The translations under genes and the position numbers were made by a program. This document shows, one piece after another, positions 19,872-30,201 of a DNA stretch of 64,000 bases. Each line of letters starts with the position of its first letter. Position 1 is the first letter of the stretch. This DNA is from Terriglobales bacterium (GTDB taxonomy: Bacteria > Acidobacteriota > Terriglobia > Terriglobales > Acidobacteriaceae). The stretch is from positions 10,505 through 74,504 of the forward strand of contig CAWBGO010000005.1 of NCBI GenBank assembly GCA_963788475.1. The letters run 5' to 3'. The notes beneath the pieces are model-generated. The model worked only from the letters and a program-made list of their open reading frames with translations. It did no database searches and had not been told where the DNA came from.

Positions 19872-21002
19872 ATGGCAAACTCTTCGCGCCGCAGATTCCT
19901 CAAGTCTGTCGCGGCAGTCTCTCTCTATGCCGCGGCCTCGCGCTCGTTTTCTCAAGCCAACCGTCAGCGCGTGTTCATTGGCTCCAACAAGCCGGATGGG
20001 ATCCTGTCTTTCGACTGGGATCCGGCGACCGGAGAACTGGCGGCGGCCGGTGTAGCGTTTCAGATCGCCAATGTCGACTGGATCACCTACTCGGCCGACC
20101 GGAAATATCTCTTCGCGGCCTCGGAAGTGGACAGCTTCAATGGAAAGCCCACCGGAGAGGTTGCCAGTTTCGCGGTCGAGAAGGGCAAGCTGAAGCCGCT
20201 CACGGGGCAAAACTCGGCCTCCAAGGGTACGTGCCACGTAGCCCTCGACCATACCGGGCGCACCCTGCTCGCGGCCGACTACGGCGGCGGCAGCGCGGCC
20301 AGCTTCCTGGTCACCGACGGCAAGCTGAGCAAGGCTGTCTGGACGGAGCATTACACCGGCAAGGGCCCGGTGGCAGACCGGCAGGAAGCCGCGCATGCTC
20401 ATTTTGCGTCGTACTCGCCGGACAATCGATTTGCGTACATCAATGACCTGGGCAGCGACTGCATCCACATCTACAGCCTGAATGCCGCCGCCGCGGAACT
20501 GAAACCAGCGGGGAAATATGACGCGCGACCGGGTTCGGGTCCGCGCACACTGCATTTTCATCCCAACGGGTCGACTGCGTATTCAATGAACGAACTCAAC
20601 TCCACTGTCGATGTTTTGAAGTGGGCCAAGGCCGATGGAAGCCTCACGTTTGTTACGCGGATCAAGCTGCTGCCCAAGGGTTCGCACGCCAAGTCGACCG
20701 GCTGTGACACGGTGATCTCCAAGGACGGCAGGAACGTTTACTTTGCCAATCGCGGAGACGACTTCATTTTTGCCTTCGCCGCTGATCCCGAGACCGGAAC
20801 GCTCACTCCTATCGGGCGCATCCCGAGCGGCGGGACAACCCCGCGCAACTTCGCCCTCGATCCGACCGAGCGCTGGATGCTGGTGGCCAACCAGAACTCC
20901 GATCAGTTAAGCGTTTTTCCGCGCGATCCGCAAACGGGCGCACTGGCCGATGAGGGGAAGAGCTATCCGTGCCCGGCGCCGATGTGCATTTTATTCGCAT
21001 AG
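19872..21002 (+). CDS. Lactonase-family 7-bladed beta-propeller (Pgl-like) with Tat signal
   Basis: SRRRFLK Tat motif; AHAH, INDLGSD, GSGPRTLHFHP, NELNSTV, ANRGDD, PRNFALDP. Confidence 0.9.
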   Translation: MANSSRRRFLKSVAAVSLYAAASRSFSQANRQRVFIGSNKPDGILSFDWDPATGELAAAGVAFQIANVDWITYSADRKYLFAASEVDSFNGKPTGEVASFAVEKGKLKPLTGQNSASKGTCHVALDHTGRTLLAADYGGGSAASFLVTDGKLSKAVWTEHYTGKGPVADRQEAAHAHFASYSPDNRFAYINDLGSDCIHIYSLNAAAAELKPAGKYDARPGSGPRTLHFHPNGSTAYSMNELNSTVDVLKWAKADGSLTFVTRIKLLPKGSHAKSTGCDTVISKDGRNVYFANRGDDFIFAFAADPETGTLTPIGRIPSGGTTPRNFALDPTERWMLVANQNSDQLSVFPRDPQTGALADEGKSYPCPAPMCILFA

Positions 21003-21239
21003 GAATGGGGCGCTGCCTGGCACGCAGTCGCTTCGATCAAAGTCTCCCTGACATCCGAATAGCCCACCCGATGCTAGTCGCCGTCAGCGCACGGCTGGAT
21101 TCGCATGAAATCATCGAAATTTCTCCCCCAATTGTGCTCACATTCTGCTACAGTTCCCGCCTCGGGCTCGGAACCCGCAAATCCGACTGTCAGCGCAGCA
21201 ATTCCGGGCCTGTTTGTCATGCGAAAAGGAGAATGAAAA

Positions 21240-22133
21240 ATGCCGATCCTCTCGACTCTGCGCGCCGCGGCGGCGGTCGCGGCACTTGTCAGTTGTTCCA
21301 TAGCCGCTCATGCGGCGGCCAGTTCGTTCGACGCAATCTATGTCTTCGGAGACAGCTACTCCGACGTGGGCAACATCTCGATTGCAACCGGAGGCGCGAT
21401 ACCCGGGGCACTGTACTACAAGGGCAGATTTTCGAACGGTCCTATCTGGGTGGAGCATATAGCCGGTACATATGGCTTGACCCTCACGCCCTCGCTGGCC
21501 GGCGGCACAGACTACGCCGTTGGCGGCGCCGAGGTTACAGCGGACGTTCCCGAGGGCAGCCAGTCCATTCCGAGCGTGCCCGACCAGGTCGCACTCTACC
21601 TTGAGCAGCACAACGGCAAGGCGGATCCCAAAGCGCTCTACGTCGTGACGGGCGGCGGAAACGACATACTGAATGCTCCCGCGGGTACTTCTTCGCAGCA
21701 GCTCGGATTCGAGATCGCCCTCGGCCTCGCGATCAGCGTGGAACGGTTGGAACGTGCGGGCGCTCGACACCTGCTTGTTCCGAACCTGTTCGATATCGGC
21801 AAGCTTCCAGCGGCGCGGCTCGGTGGAATCTCGAGCTTTGCGACGGCGACGACGCTCGCCGTCAATCAGCGGTTGAACCTGTGGGTGTTGCTTGAGTCCT
21901 TCGCGCCACAGACGCACATCTACCGCTCCGACGCCTATGATTTTTTACAGGGCGTCTTCGCCGATAGCAGTCACTTCGGCTTTAACGATGTGACGGATCC
22001 CTGTCTCGTTGCGACTCCCACACCCTCGGTCTGCAGCAATCCTTATGTGAATCTCTTCTGGGATGCAGACCACATGACGCTCTTTGGGCACTCGATGCTG
22101 GCTACGCTGGCCGTGCAGGCAATCCACCAGTGA
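21240..22133 (+). CDS. Secreted SGNH/GDSL hydrolase
   Basis: VFGDSYSDVGN, GRFSNGPIW, DYAVGGA, GGNDI, FWDADHMT. Confidence 0.92.
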   Translation: MPILSTLRAAAAVAALVSCSIAAHAAASSFDAIYVFGDSYSDVGNISIATGGAIPGALYYKGRFSNGPIWVEHIAGTYGLTLTPSLAGGTDYAVGGAEVTADVPEGSQSIPSVPDQVALYLEQHNGKADPKALYVVTGGGNDILNAPAGTSSQQLGFEIALGLAISVERLERAGARHLLVPNLFDIGKLPAARLGGISSFATATTLAVNQRLNLWVLLESFAPQTHIYRSDAYDFLQGVFADSSHFGFNDVTDPCLVATPTPSVCSNPYVNLFWDADHMTLFGHSMLATLAVQAIHQ

Positions 22134-22178
22134 TGTGTCATCGGGAGCGGACGTCTCGACTGGTATTTCTTTACCTGA

Positions 22179-23984
22179 TCACGCAGATTGTTCTATCACG
22201 GCCTTTTCTTTCGCAGCGAGGGGGGAAATGAAGCCGCAACGCCCGAGGAGATCAGCGAAACGGCCGTCGGCTCGCAGAGGGTCCCATTTTGGATCGACCG
22301 GAGGAAAGGCCAAATGCACGTCGCGGGCGTCGTAGGCCCGTTCCAGCCAGTGCAATGCGGAATCGTGTTGACCCAGCCCGAGGTACACCAGCGCTGTCGC
22401 GTACGGTGGGACGTATCGTTCGCGCGATACCGCCTCCAACGTGTGCAGCACCTCGTGAGCTTCCTGTGCTTTTCCCAGCCTCGCGAAGATGTAACCGCGA
22501 ATTGACATAACCTTGCTGTTTCCGCTGTTGAAGCGCCCCACATTGTTCAGTGCGTCGAGAGCTATTTCTGCGCTGCCCACCCGCTCGGAAGCCTGTGCAA
22601 GTTGTATGTAGCCAACCCAGAATTCAGGATCGATCGTGATCGCCTGCTGCGCGAACTGGATCGCAACGGAATAGTCGCGCGCGGCGAACGCAACTTGCGC
22701 CGAGAGCGCATGATTCGTGGCATTCAGCGGATCGAGGTCGCGTGCCTGGCGAAGCGCCATCGACGCCTCGTCGTGTCTTGCCATGTGCGAGAGGACGATA
22801 CCCAGAAAACGATGTGCCAGGGAATAGCACGGATTCAGGGCGATGGATTTTCGGTAGGCCGCCTCGGCAGCGGCCCAGTCCCAGTCGAGCCAGAATTTGA
22901 GTAACCCCAATGATGTGTGAACCTCAGGCAACTCAGGTCCGGAGGCCGTCGCGTGAGCGACCGCCTCTCGAGCGCGCGGCCAAACCTGGAGCGGGGGCTT
23001 GTCGGCGTTGACTGGACTCGCCGCGTAAGCGTCGGCCATGCCGGACCATGCCAGCGCGTATTCCGGATCCAGTTCGACCGCGCGTCCGTAGTACTCCATT
23101 GCCCGCTTCGTCGTCACCGCCGAGAGCTGGTTCCAGAAGTAGCGGCCACGCAGGTAGGCGTCGTGGGCTTCCACGTTCTCCGTCTGCCGTCCTGCCAGCG
23201 CGCCAAGACGTTCAGGTAATAGTTGCAACCCAACGTGCCGCGCGATGGCGGTGCTCAGTTCGCGCTGTATGGCAAACACGCTGGTAACATCCCGGTCATA
23301 ATTAGAAGTCCAGATGTGGGTCTGGTCTTCGACCCGAATCAGCTGGGAGGTAATCCGGACCTGATTGTCTTCCCGGCGCACACTGCTTTCCAGGATGTAA
23401 TCGACGCCAAGTTCGGTCCCAATCTCGCGGACGCTCTTGGTGGTGCGCTTGTATGCCATGCTCGAGGTCCGAGCGATCACACCCATGCGCTCGGGATTCA
23501 TACCTCCCAGGTGACTGATCGTCTCTTCCGTCAGCCCGTCGCTGAAGTATTCCTGGTCGGGGTCACCGGAATAGTTCTCAAAAGGCAAAACAGCGAGCAT
23601 CATTCTCGATTCCGATTGAGCCGAGGCTTGGAATGCCGCGCCAGCTACGAGAGTTGTGACAGGAGCGATGAAACGATAACCCTTGCCTGAAACGGTTTCG
23701 ATGAATGAAGGCGACTCTTTCGAATGTTTCAGAGCTTGCCTCAACTTGCGGATCGCTGTGTTGACTCCCATTTCGACGTCAACGAAGACGTCCGGATCCC
23801 ACAGCCGCTTTACGATATCAGCCCGCCAGACGAGCTGACGATGGCGTTCTACCAAAAGGATGAGCAGGTCCATCGGCTGGCGCTCAAGATGGACCGGGTG
23901 CCCGCTCCGGCGTAGCTCGTATGCCGATGTATTGAGCTCGAACTCACCAAAGTGAAACGTCGAGCGGGAATCAGGCTGTGACAT
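22179..23984 (-). CDS. OmpR/PhoB-type wHTH + TolB-N-like + TPR regulator (no clear TM segment)
   Basis: FGEFEL..AYELRR, LW....FVD....NTAIRKLR, FIETVSGKGYRFIAPV, LAVLPFENYSGDPDQEYFSDGLTEE, TPRs, DPKWDPLRADGRF. Confidence 0.9.
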   Translation of the reverse strand: MSQPDSRSTFHFGEFELNTSAYELRRSGHPVHLERQPMDLLILLVERHRQLVWRADIVKRLWDPDVFVDVEMGVNTAIRKLRQALKHSKESPSFIETVSGKGYRFIAPVTTLVAGAAFQASAQSESRMMLAVLPFENYSGDPDQEYFSDGLTEETISHLGGMNPERMGVIARTSSMAYKRTTKSVREIGTELGVDYILESSVRREDNQVRITSQLIRVEDQTHIWTSNYDRDVTSVFAIQRELSTAIARHVGLQLLPERLGALAGRQTENVEAHDAYLRGRYFWNQLSAVTTKRAMEYYGRAVELDPEYALAWSGMADAYAASPVNADKPPLQVWPRAREAVAHATASGPELPEVHTSLGLLKFWLDWDWAAAEAAYRKSIALNPCYSLAHRFLGIVLSHMARHDEASMALRQARDLDPLNATNHALSAQVAFAARDYSVAIQFAQQAITIDPEFWVGYIQLAQASERVGSAEIALDALNNVGRFNSGNSKVMSIRGYIFARLGKAQEAHEVLHTLEAVSRERYVPPYATALVYLGLGQHDSALHWLERAYDARDVHLAFPPVDPKWDPLRADGRFADLLGRCGFISPLAAKEKAVIEQSA

Positions 23985-24023
23985 GGGCTGGAGGCCATCC
24001 CTGCCCGACCATGCTATCTGCCG

Positions 24024-24063
24024 CTTCAGAAAAACGCCAGATTAACTTCAGATGCTCTCCATG
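24024..24063 (+). promoter_or_regulatory. Heptamer direct repeats at 11-bp period (putative wHTH operator)
   Basis: CTTCAGA 24024, CGCCAGA 24035, CTTCAGA 24046, CTCCATG 24057. Confidence 0.6.
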
Positions 24064-24155
24064 GTCATCAGCACTGGGCCAATGCAAACCTTCCGTCAGT
24101 GATTGCGGCGGCAAGAAACGATCTCAGCGTTGTTCAAAGCAAGAAGGAGAAGCCT

Positions 24156-24665
24156 ATGTCATCAAGACAGTCGGAGCGTTTTGTAGCTTCACGTGGGACA
24201 GCAGCCATGCTTCTGGCCGGGATGCTGCTTCTCGGATTCGGTTTACCAGCCACGGCCCAGTCGGTGGACGATGGGTCTCAGAACGGCCTCGAAGGAACGT
24301 GGCGCGCGCAGGTCACGGTGAATGTCTGTCATACGAGCATCGTGATCAGGACCTTCCCGGGTATGTTTGCGTTCGCCAAAGGAGGTACGGTCACCTTCAC
24401 GTCCGCAGGCCAACCGCCCTCAATCAGCACTCCCGGCCTGGGTGTCTGGCACCACATGAGCGGCCACACCTACAGTGCGGTGTCCGAGGTCTTCATGTTT
24501 ACTGCCGCCGGAGCCTGGGCGCAGACACACAGGTTGACGCGACTCATCGAGGTAAATAAAGCCGGGGACGGGTACACCGATTCAATCGCGCTTGAAATCT
24601 TCGATACCAATGGCACTTTGATTGCGACTGGCTGCGGCTCGACCGTCGCGACTCGCCTCGAATAA
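24156..24665 (+). CDS. Exported hypothetical protein, probable lipocalin-like beta-barrel
   Basis: AAGGAG RBS, signal peptide, LEGTW motif, G.GVW, two Cys, ATRL end. Confidence 0.75.
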   Translation: MSSRQSERFVASRGTAAMLLAGMLLLGFGLPATAQSVDDGSQNGLEGTWRAQVTVNVCHTSIVIRTFPGMFAFAKGGTVTFTSAGQPPSISTPGLGVWHHMSGHTYSAVSEVFMFTAAGAWAQTHRLTRLIEVNKAGDGYTDSIALEIFDTNGTLIATGCGSTVATRLE

Positions 24666-24770
24666 GTAGTCGCTGAAGTTCTTAAACTCAGCTTGCGCCC
24701 GTGAAGGTGAGAAACGGCGCTCATCCGTCTCATTGGAGGTTGGAGGACATTGGGTGTGGATGACCAAGCC

Positions 24771-24806
24771 GGGTGCCCCAGGTTTCGCTTTTTGAGACCT
24801 GGGAAT
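24771..24806 (-). repeat. Family-A palindromic repeat
   Basis: Minus strand TTCCCAGGTCTC-AAAAAGC-GAAACCTGGGGCACCC, between convergent genes. Confidence 0.82.
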
Positions 24807-24877
24807 CTCATGTTTGGGGGCTAGCTGATTCGATCCTGGGCATAAACGGTATTTGGGGAAATGCCCAGCAACCGGTC

Positions 24878-25549
24878 TCAGGCCTTTTTGGGATTGCCGA
24901 AGGACGCGAAGATGGTTCCAGCGACGCATCCCACGATCGGACCAAGGAGCAGGAAGCCGGTCACGGCATCGAGCGAGTGAACCAGGTCCTGCATGGCGGG
25001 TGTGCCGATCGCCAGCCCCTGATATTGTTTCCACGGGTCGGCTGATTCGGCCGGCGTGGACCGGAAATAGACCTGGGCCAGGATCACCGTGACAGCCATC
25101 AGGACGCTGACCATCGTTGCCCAGATGGTGCAAACCACGCTGAAACCCATAGTGTTGCCGGCCTTCGCCGTGCGCCAGCCCGCTGCTCCGAGGATCAGGG
25201 TGGCGCAGACCAGCAGGGCGATCTGCACCTTGTCCGGGGTGGCCGTTTCGCCTTGCGCCTGCCTCGAAGCCATCAACACCAGGCCGACGAGGAACAGACC
25301 CGCCAGGATTCCTATCATGCCCGACGAAAAGAGCGCCTTTTTGCTGGCAGGCGTGTGCACGCTCCCGATCCAGAGACCCAGTCCGGCGTAAGCCACCAGG
25401 CTCAGGACCGGATCGAATCCGGTGGTGCCGTTCCCGGGCAGACTCATCACATTCTGCCAGGGCCACAAGCGTGCTCCCAGGATCGCCAGGTCCACCAGAG
25501 CGAGCAGCACAATAGGAATGCGCAGGGTCGGTTGACCGCTCGACTCCAT
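24878..25549 (-). CDS. Hypothetical polytopic membrane protein
   Basis: About six hydrophobic segments; AGGAG RBS. Confidence 0.75.
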   Translation of the reverse strand: MESSGQPTLRIPIVLLALVDLAILGARLWPWQNVMSLPGNGTTGFDPVLSLVAYAGLGLWIGSVHTPASKKALFSSGMIGILAGLFLVGLVLMASRQAQGETATPDKVQIALLVCATLILGAAGWRTAKAGNTMGFSVVCTIWATMVSVLMAVTVILAQVYFRSTPAESADPWKQYQGLAIGTPAMQDLVHSLDAVTGFLLLGPIVGCVAGTIFASFGNPKKA

Positions 25550-25683
25550 TCAGGTGATCTCCTGTCCTTTGATTGGCCGGAAACTCATCTTACTTCCCCA
25601 AGTGGCACTTTGGCATGGCATAAACGGGGATTGCCTGACAGGGGGATCAAAAGGCGAGCGAAGGAGGAGGATTCGGTTTTGGG

Positions 25684-26629
25684 CTAAGCGCCCTGAAGAG
25701 CAGGCCGCGCGAACCGGGCGCCCTCGGCTTCGACACCGGCGGCGAGGGCACTGGCGTCGGGAGCTTCGACCGGCACACGCGCCAATTCCCAGGCGGAGCG
25801 GTCCTTCATCAGCCGCGAAACCAGGGCGGTATGCATGGCGTGGCCGGCGCGCTCGGCCACCACGTGGCCCTCGATGCGTTTTCCCGCCAGGGCCAGGTCG
25901 CCGATCAGATCGAGCACCTTGTGGCGGACGTACTCATCGGCGAAGCGCAGCGGCCCGTTTTCCGGCCCATGCTTGCCGAGGATGATGGCGTTTTCAGGAC
26001 CGGCGCCGCGAATCAATCCCATGTCGCGCAGGCGCTGTTCGTCGGCCTTGTAGCCGAAGGTCCGCGCCGGGGCGATCCATGTGCCGTAGGGTTCCGTGGC
26101 CAGGTCGACGCAGGTCTTCTGCTGGCCGATGGGAGAAGGAAAATCGATGGCGTACTGGATGCGGTAGCCCGATCCCGGATACACGCCGATGAATTTGTCG
26201 CCGTCGCGGACTTCGACCGGCTGCAACACGCGAATGTATTCGCGGCGCCGGCGCTGGGTGCGAATGCCGACGCTGCAGGAACGCTTCGACGTAGGGCAAG
26301 GCGCTGCCATCGAGGATGGGCAATTCGAGGTTGTCGAGCTCGACAATGATGTTATCGACGCCCATCCCGATGAGGGCGGAGAGCAGGTGCTCGGTGGTGG
26401 AGATGAGTACGCCCTGCCGCATCAGGCTGGTGGCGTAGCTGACCTTGGCCACATTGCGGCCCACGGCGGAAATTTCGAAATTATCGAGATCGGTGCGACG
26501 GAAGACGATGCCCGATCCAGCCGGGGCGGGCAGAAGGCGCATGCTCACCGGCGCGCCGGAATGAAGACCTACTCCCGAAAAGGCGAGCGGTTCGACGATG
26601 GTTTTTTCCAAATGCTCGGGTTGCGCCAA
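25684..26629 (-). CDS. lpxC: UDP-3-O-acyl-GlcNAc deacetylase (frameshift near 26275)
   Basis: GVGLHSG, STTEHLLSAL, ELPILDGSA, IAPARTFG, LRFADEYVRHKVLDLIGDL, AGHAMH; TTG start inferred. Confidence 0.95.
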
Positions 26630-26826
26630 AATGGCAGTTCTCCAAAAATTCCAGACCTGGGGATAGTACAACTTAGGTTAGACGGAAAACCGCTTCTGGC
26701 GAACTGTGGCATTTTTACCACACAGTGCGTCGCCAAAGTGCCGCATCGACAGGTATTTCCAACCTGGATAGACGGTTACGCCGGTCGCGGTCGTAGAATC
26801 GGAGGGTCTGCTCCCCGAGAACCGCC

Positions 26827-28020
26827 TTGGACGCTCCGCAAAACCCTGCTTTGCTCGCCCCATCCGTCCCCATGCGCGCTTTGCTCGCGGGGGCGCGCCG
26901 GAAGCAATCCGCGCTTCTTCGCCTCATCCAATCGCTGGTCCGCGCCGAGTCGCCCTCCGATGACAAGGCTGCGGTCGATGCCTGCGGAGCGCTGGTTGCG
27001 GCCCGGGCGGCGGCAGCGGGCGGCCGGGTCAAACTGCATCGGCAGCGCGCTTTCGGCGACGTGATCGAGGTCCGCTTCGGACCCCGCCGCAAGAACGGAG
27101 ACCGCCGGATCCTGGGCCAGATCCTGATCCTGGGGCACATCGATACGGTGTGGCCCGTGGGTACGCTCAAGGCCATGCCCTGCCGCGTGAGCGACGGACG
27201 CCTGTGGGGACCCGGCACGCTGGACATGAAGGCCGGGGTCGCCATGGCCCTTACAGCCATCGAAATGCTCGCCGAAGCCGACCTTCTCGACCGCGAGATC
27301 ATCCTGTTGCTCAACAGTGAAGAAGAGATCGGCAGCCCGGTTTCGCGTCCCATCACCGAAAGGCTGGCGCAGGACTGCTCAGCGGTCTTGGTGCTCGAAC
27401 CAGCGCAGGGCCTGGCGTGCAAGACCGCGCGCAAGGGCACAGGCAACTGGCGCATCGACATCCAGGGTGTGGCCGCCCATGCCGGCGTCGACTTTGAAAA
27501 AGGCGCCAGCGCGCTGCGCGAACTGGCTCATGTGATCGAGAAGGTGAGCGGCTGGACCGACCTCGCGCGCGGTCTGACGGTCAGTGTCGGACTAGCCGGC
27601 GGGGGTTCAAAGACCAACGTGATTCCTGCCGAGGCCTGGGCCGAAGTGGATGTGCGCATCGCGCGCAAGGCGGACGGGCCGCGCATCGAGCGCAAATTTG
27701 CGAGCCTCAAGGCGGCCGATCGACGCTGCTCGCTTTCCGTGACCGGCGGCATCAATCGACCGCCGATGGAGCGCTCGCGGGGCACGGTTGCACTCTACCG
27801 CGAGGCCCGGGCGCTGGCCGCGGAACTCGGATTCACGCTGGAGGAGGCGTCGACCGGCGGCGCCTCCGATGGAAACTTTACCTCAGCCCTGGGGGTTCCC
27901 ACGCTCGATGGACTGGGCGCGGTGGGCGAAGGGGCGCACGCGACCCATGAGTCGATCGTGCTCGAGCACCTGGCTCCCCGCACCGCGCTGCTGGCGGGCA
28001 TGCTTGTGTCCCGGCGGTGA
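26827..28020 (+). CDS. M20 metallopeptidase (carboxypeptidase G2-like)
   Basis: GHIDTVW, GPGTLDMKAG, EEEIGS, LVLEP, AAHAG, GGASDGN, GAHA; alternative ATG at 26872. Confidence 0.92.
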   Translation: MDAPQNPALLAPSVPMRALLAGARRKQSALLRLIQSLVRAESPSDDKAAVDACGALVAARAAAAGGRVKLHRQRAFGDVIEVRFGPRRKNGDRRILGQILILGHIDTVWPVGTLKAMPCRVSDGRLWGPGTLDMKAGVAMALTAIEMLAEADLLDREIILLLNSEEEIGSPVSRPITERLAQDCSAVLVLEPAQGLACKTARKGTGNWRIDIQGVAAHAGVDFEKGASALRELAHVIEKVSGWTDLARGLTVSVGLAGGGSKTNVIPAEAWAEVDVRIARKADGPRIERKFASLKAADRRCSLSVTGGINRPPMERSRGTVALYREARALAAELGFTLEEASTGGASDGNFTSALGVPTLDGLGAVGEGAHATHESIVLEHLAPRTALLAGMLVSRR

Positions 28021-28099
28021 ATTGAGTGGCGCCCGGTGCCCCGTTCGCATACGATTGACCCTGCCTGGAGGTCTCGTGATGGGATATTTGCCTGCGCCG

Positions 28100-28630
28100 A
28101 TGAAGCTGATATTCGCAATTGCACTAGGCGCGTGCGCCAGTTATTCGGCCGCGGCGTATGCGGCCGCACCTGCGGACAAGCCGGCCGGCATCGACGCCAT
28201 CCGGGCCTACGAGGGCGCATGGGATATCAACATCGAGCATTTCGACACTGCTCACAGCAAGGCTTCCCGCGAGCACACATCGCTGCGCAACGACTGCTGG
28301 AAGAGCGGGGGCTACTTCGCCTGCAACCAGTATGTGGATGGGGAATCGAAAGTGCTGCTGGTCTTTATTTATAACCAGGCAAAAAACGAATACACGAGTT
28401 ACCAAATTCCTCCCGGCGGCGGCGAGACGGGATCAGGAAAACTGTTGATCGACGGCAATGTATGGACGTTTCCTTGGCAAGCAAAGGAAGGCGACAGCAC
28501 TACGTATTTTCACGTCGTCAATGTATTTGTTGCGCCGGACCGGGTTGAATTCCGCCAGGAGTTTTCGACCGACAATGCGCATTGGACAGTAATGGCCAGA
28601 GGAACGGAAACCAGGACCAGTTCCAGGTAA
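28100..28630 (+). CDS. Exported hypothetical beta-barrel protein (DUF1579-like)
   Basis: Signal peptide, YEGAW, CW..GG, EFSTD..HW.VMARG.ETR C-terminus. Confidence 0.75.
   Translation: MKLIFAIALGACASYSAAAYAAAPADKPAGIDAIRAYEGAWDINIEHFDTAHSKASREHTSLRNDCWKSGGYFACNQYVDGESKVLLVFIYNQAKNEYTSYQIPPGGGETGSGKLLIDGNVWTFPWQAKEGDSTTYFHVVNVFVAPDRVEFRQEFSTDNAHWTVMARGTETRTSSR
28605..28625 (+). repeat. att-like direct repeat, copy 1 (3' end of gene 28100-28630)
   Basis: CGGAAACCAGGACCAGTTCCA, identical to 32440-32460. Confidence 0.85.
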
Positions 28631-28866
28631 ACTTCGCGGCGTGGGCCATTGGGCGCCACACACGAGGGCCGCCACATTTCTCCGCGTTGACTGACATTTC
28701 TGCCAGTTTTCCGAGCGCCACGAGGCCCTATAGCTTCGAAACATCATCCATGATTGCTGCAGGTCGAGGGAACTGTCAGGCAAAGCCTCAAGGTACCGGC
28801 AGGCCGTCCGAAATCAACGAGCAGTTCGCGGGCAAATTTTCAAACCGAAGAGAGGGTAGGTAAAAA

Positions 28867-29904
28867 ATGAAGAGTGCCGGCGTTGGCTTGTCCTGGAGCC
28901 TGAGCCGCAGGGCTTTTCTGGCCTTGGGCATTTTACTGCTTGGCGCGGCCGACGCTTCTGCTGAGCGCGATTCCCTGCCATCGTGGAATAACGGACCTGC
29001 CAAGAAAGCGATTCTCGCATTTGTCAAAGAAACGACCGAAAAGTCCAGCCCCAAGTATGTGGAGCCCGAAGATCGCATCGTCACTTTTGACCAGGACGGC
29101 ACGCTCTGGACGGAACGTCCAATGTACGCCCAGGGAATGTTTGCCCTGGCGCGTCTGGGCGAGATGGCGCCCAAGCACCCGGAATGGAAAGAACAGGAAC
29201 CATTCAAAGCGGTACTCGCCGGAGACCGCGAAGCAATGAGTAAATTCAGCGAGAAGGATTGGATGGAAATTGTCGCCGTGACGCACGCCGGCATGAGCAC
29301 AGAAGAGTTCCAGGGACTTGTGAAACAGTGGCTCGCGAACGCGAAAGCACCGCGCTTCGACCGTCCGTACACCGATCTCGTGTATGCGCCGATGTTGGAG
29401 CTGATGAAATTTCTGCGCGAGAAGGGGTTCAGGACGTATATCGTCACCGGCGGCGGCCAGGAGTTTGTCCGCGTTTACAGCGAGAAGGTCTATGGTGTTC
29501 CCCCGGAACAGGTGGTGGGATCGAGCATCGTGACCAAGTATGAAAATACGAATGGCAAGCCGGCGCTGATGCGCGAACCAAAAGTATTTCTGATTGACGA
29601 TGGCCCGGGCAAGGCTGTCGGGATCAATCTGTTCATCGGCAAGCGACCCTGCGCGGCGTTCGGCAATTCCGGTGGCGACGAGGAGATGCTGGAGTGGACG
29701 CAAGCCGGCGACGGGGCGCGGCTGTTGATGCTCGTTCATCACGACGATGCGACCCGCGAATATGCGTATGGACCGGGCGGAGGGCTGCCGGACACCCATG
29801 TTGGAACGTTTTCCGACGAGTTAATGGCCAAGGCGAAGAGCAACGGCTGGATCGTGATCAGCATGAAAGACGATTGGAAGCGGATATTCGCCTGGGAGAA
29901 GTGA
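28867..29904 (+). CDS. Exported HAD-family hydrolase
   Basis: LPSWN.G, TFDQDGTLW (DxD), YIVTGGG, FGNSGGD..ML, HHDDATREYAY. Confidence 0.9.
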   Translation: MKSAGVGLSWSLSRRAFLALGILLLGAADASAERDSLPSWNNGPAKKAILAFVKETTEKSSPKYVEPEDRIVTFDQDGTLWTERPMYAQGMFALARLGEMAPKHPEWKEQEPFKAVLAGDREAMSKFSEKDWMEIVAVTHAGMSTEEFQGLVKQWLANAKAPRFDRPYTDLVYAPMLELMKFLREKGFRTYIVTGGGQEFVRVYSEKVYGVPPEQVVGSSIVTKYENTNGKPALMREPKVFLIDDGPGKAVGINLFIGKRPCAAFGNSGGDEEMLEWTQAGDGARLLMLVHHDDATREYAYGPGGGLPDTHVGTFSDELMAKAKSNGWIVISMKDDWKRIFAWEK

Positions 29905-29922
29905 AGCGCCATCTGAGGACGG

Positions 29923-29964
29923 GTGATGGCCAACGGAATGGAAACCAGAACCACCGCGAAGTGA
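29923..29964 (+). repeat. Diverged orphan copy of the 3' end of gene 28100-28630
   Basis: 31/42 identical to 28589-28630 without gaps; encodes VMANGMETRTTAK* versus VMARGTETRTSSR*. Confidence 0.8.
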
Positions 29965-30201
29965 CACCCGGCTTGTAAATCCCACCGGTGAGCAAATCAC
30001 CGTCCCCGCGACCAGTGGTAGCCGCTTTGCGCCGACGGCGTTCTGGTAATTCTGATAGTTGCTTCCGCAGGCCTGCCCCACCTACTGTGTACGCGGATGA
30101 CGAAGTTCCAAACGACGAAACTCAGGCATTCTCAGTTCTCTTAGAGGCCGCGGTGATGGAACGGTAACACCGGGCCCATAGCATCCAAGTGGAGTTGACG
30201 C

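Noticed and set aside
21017-21032. Sigma54 promoter TGGCAC-N5-CGCT before the GDSL gene
   Set aside because: The -12 element does not match TTGC; an extended -10 (TGCTACAGT) nearer the gene is at least as plausible.
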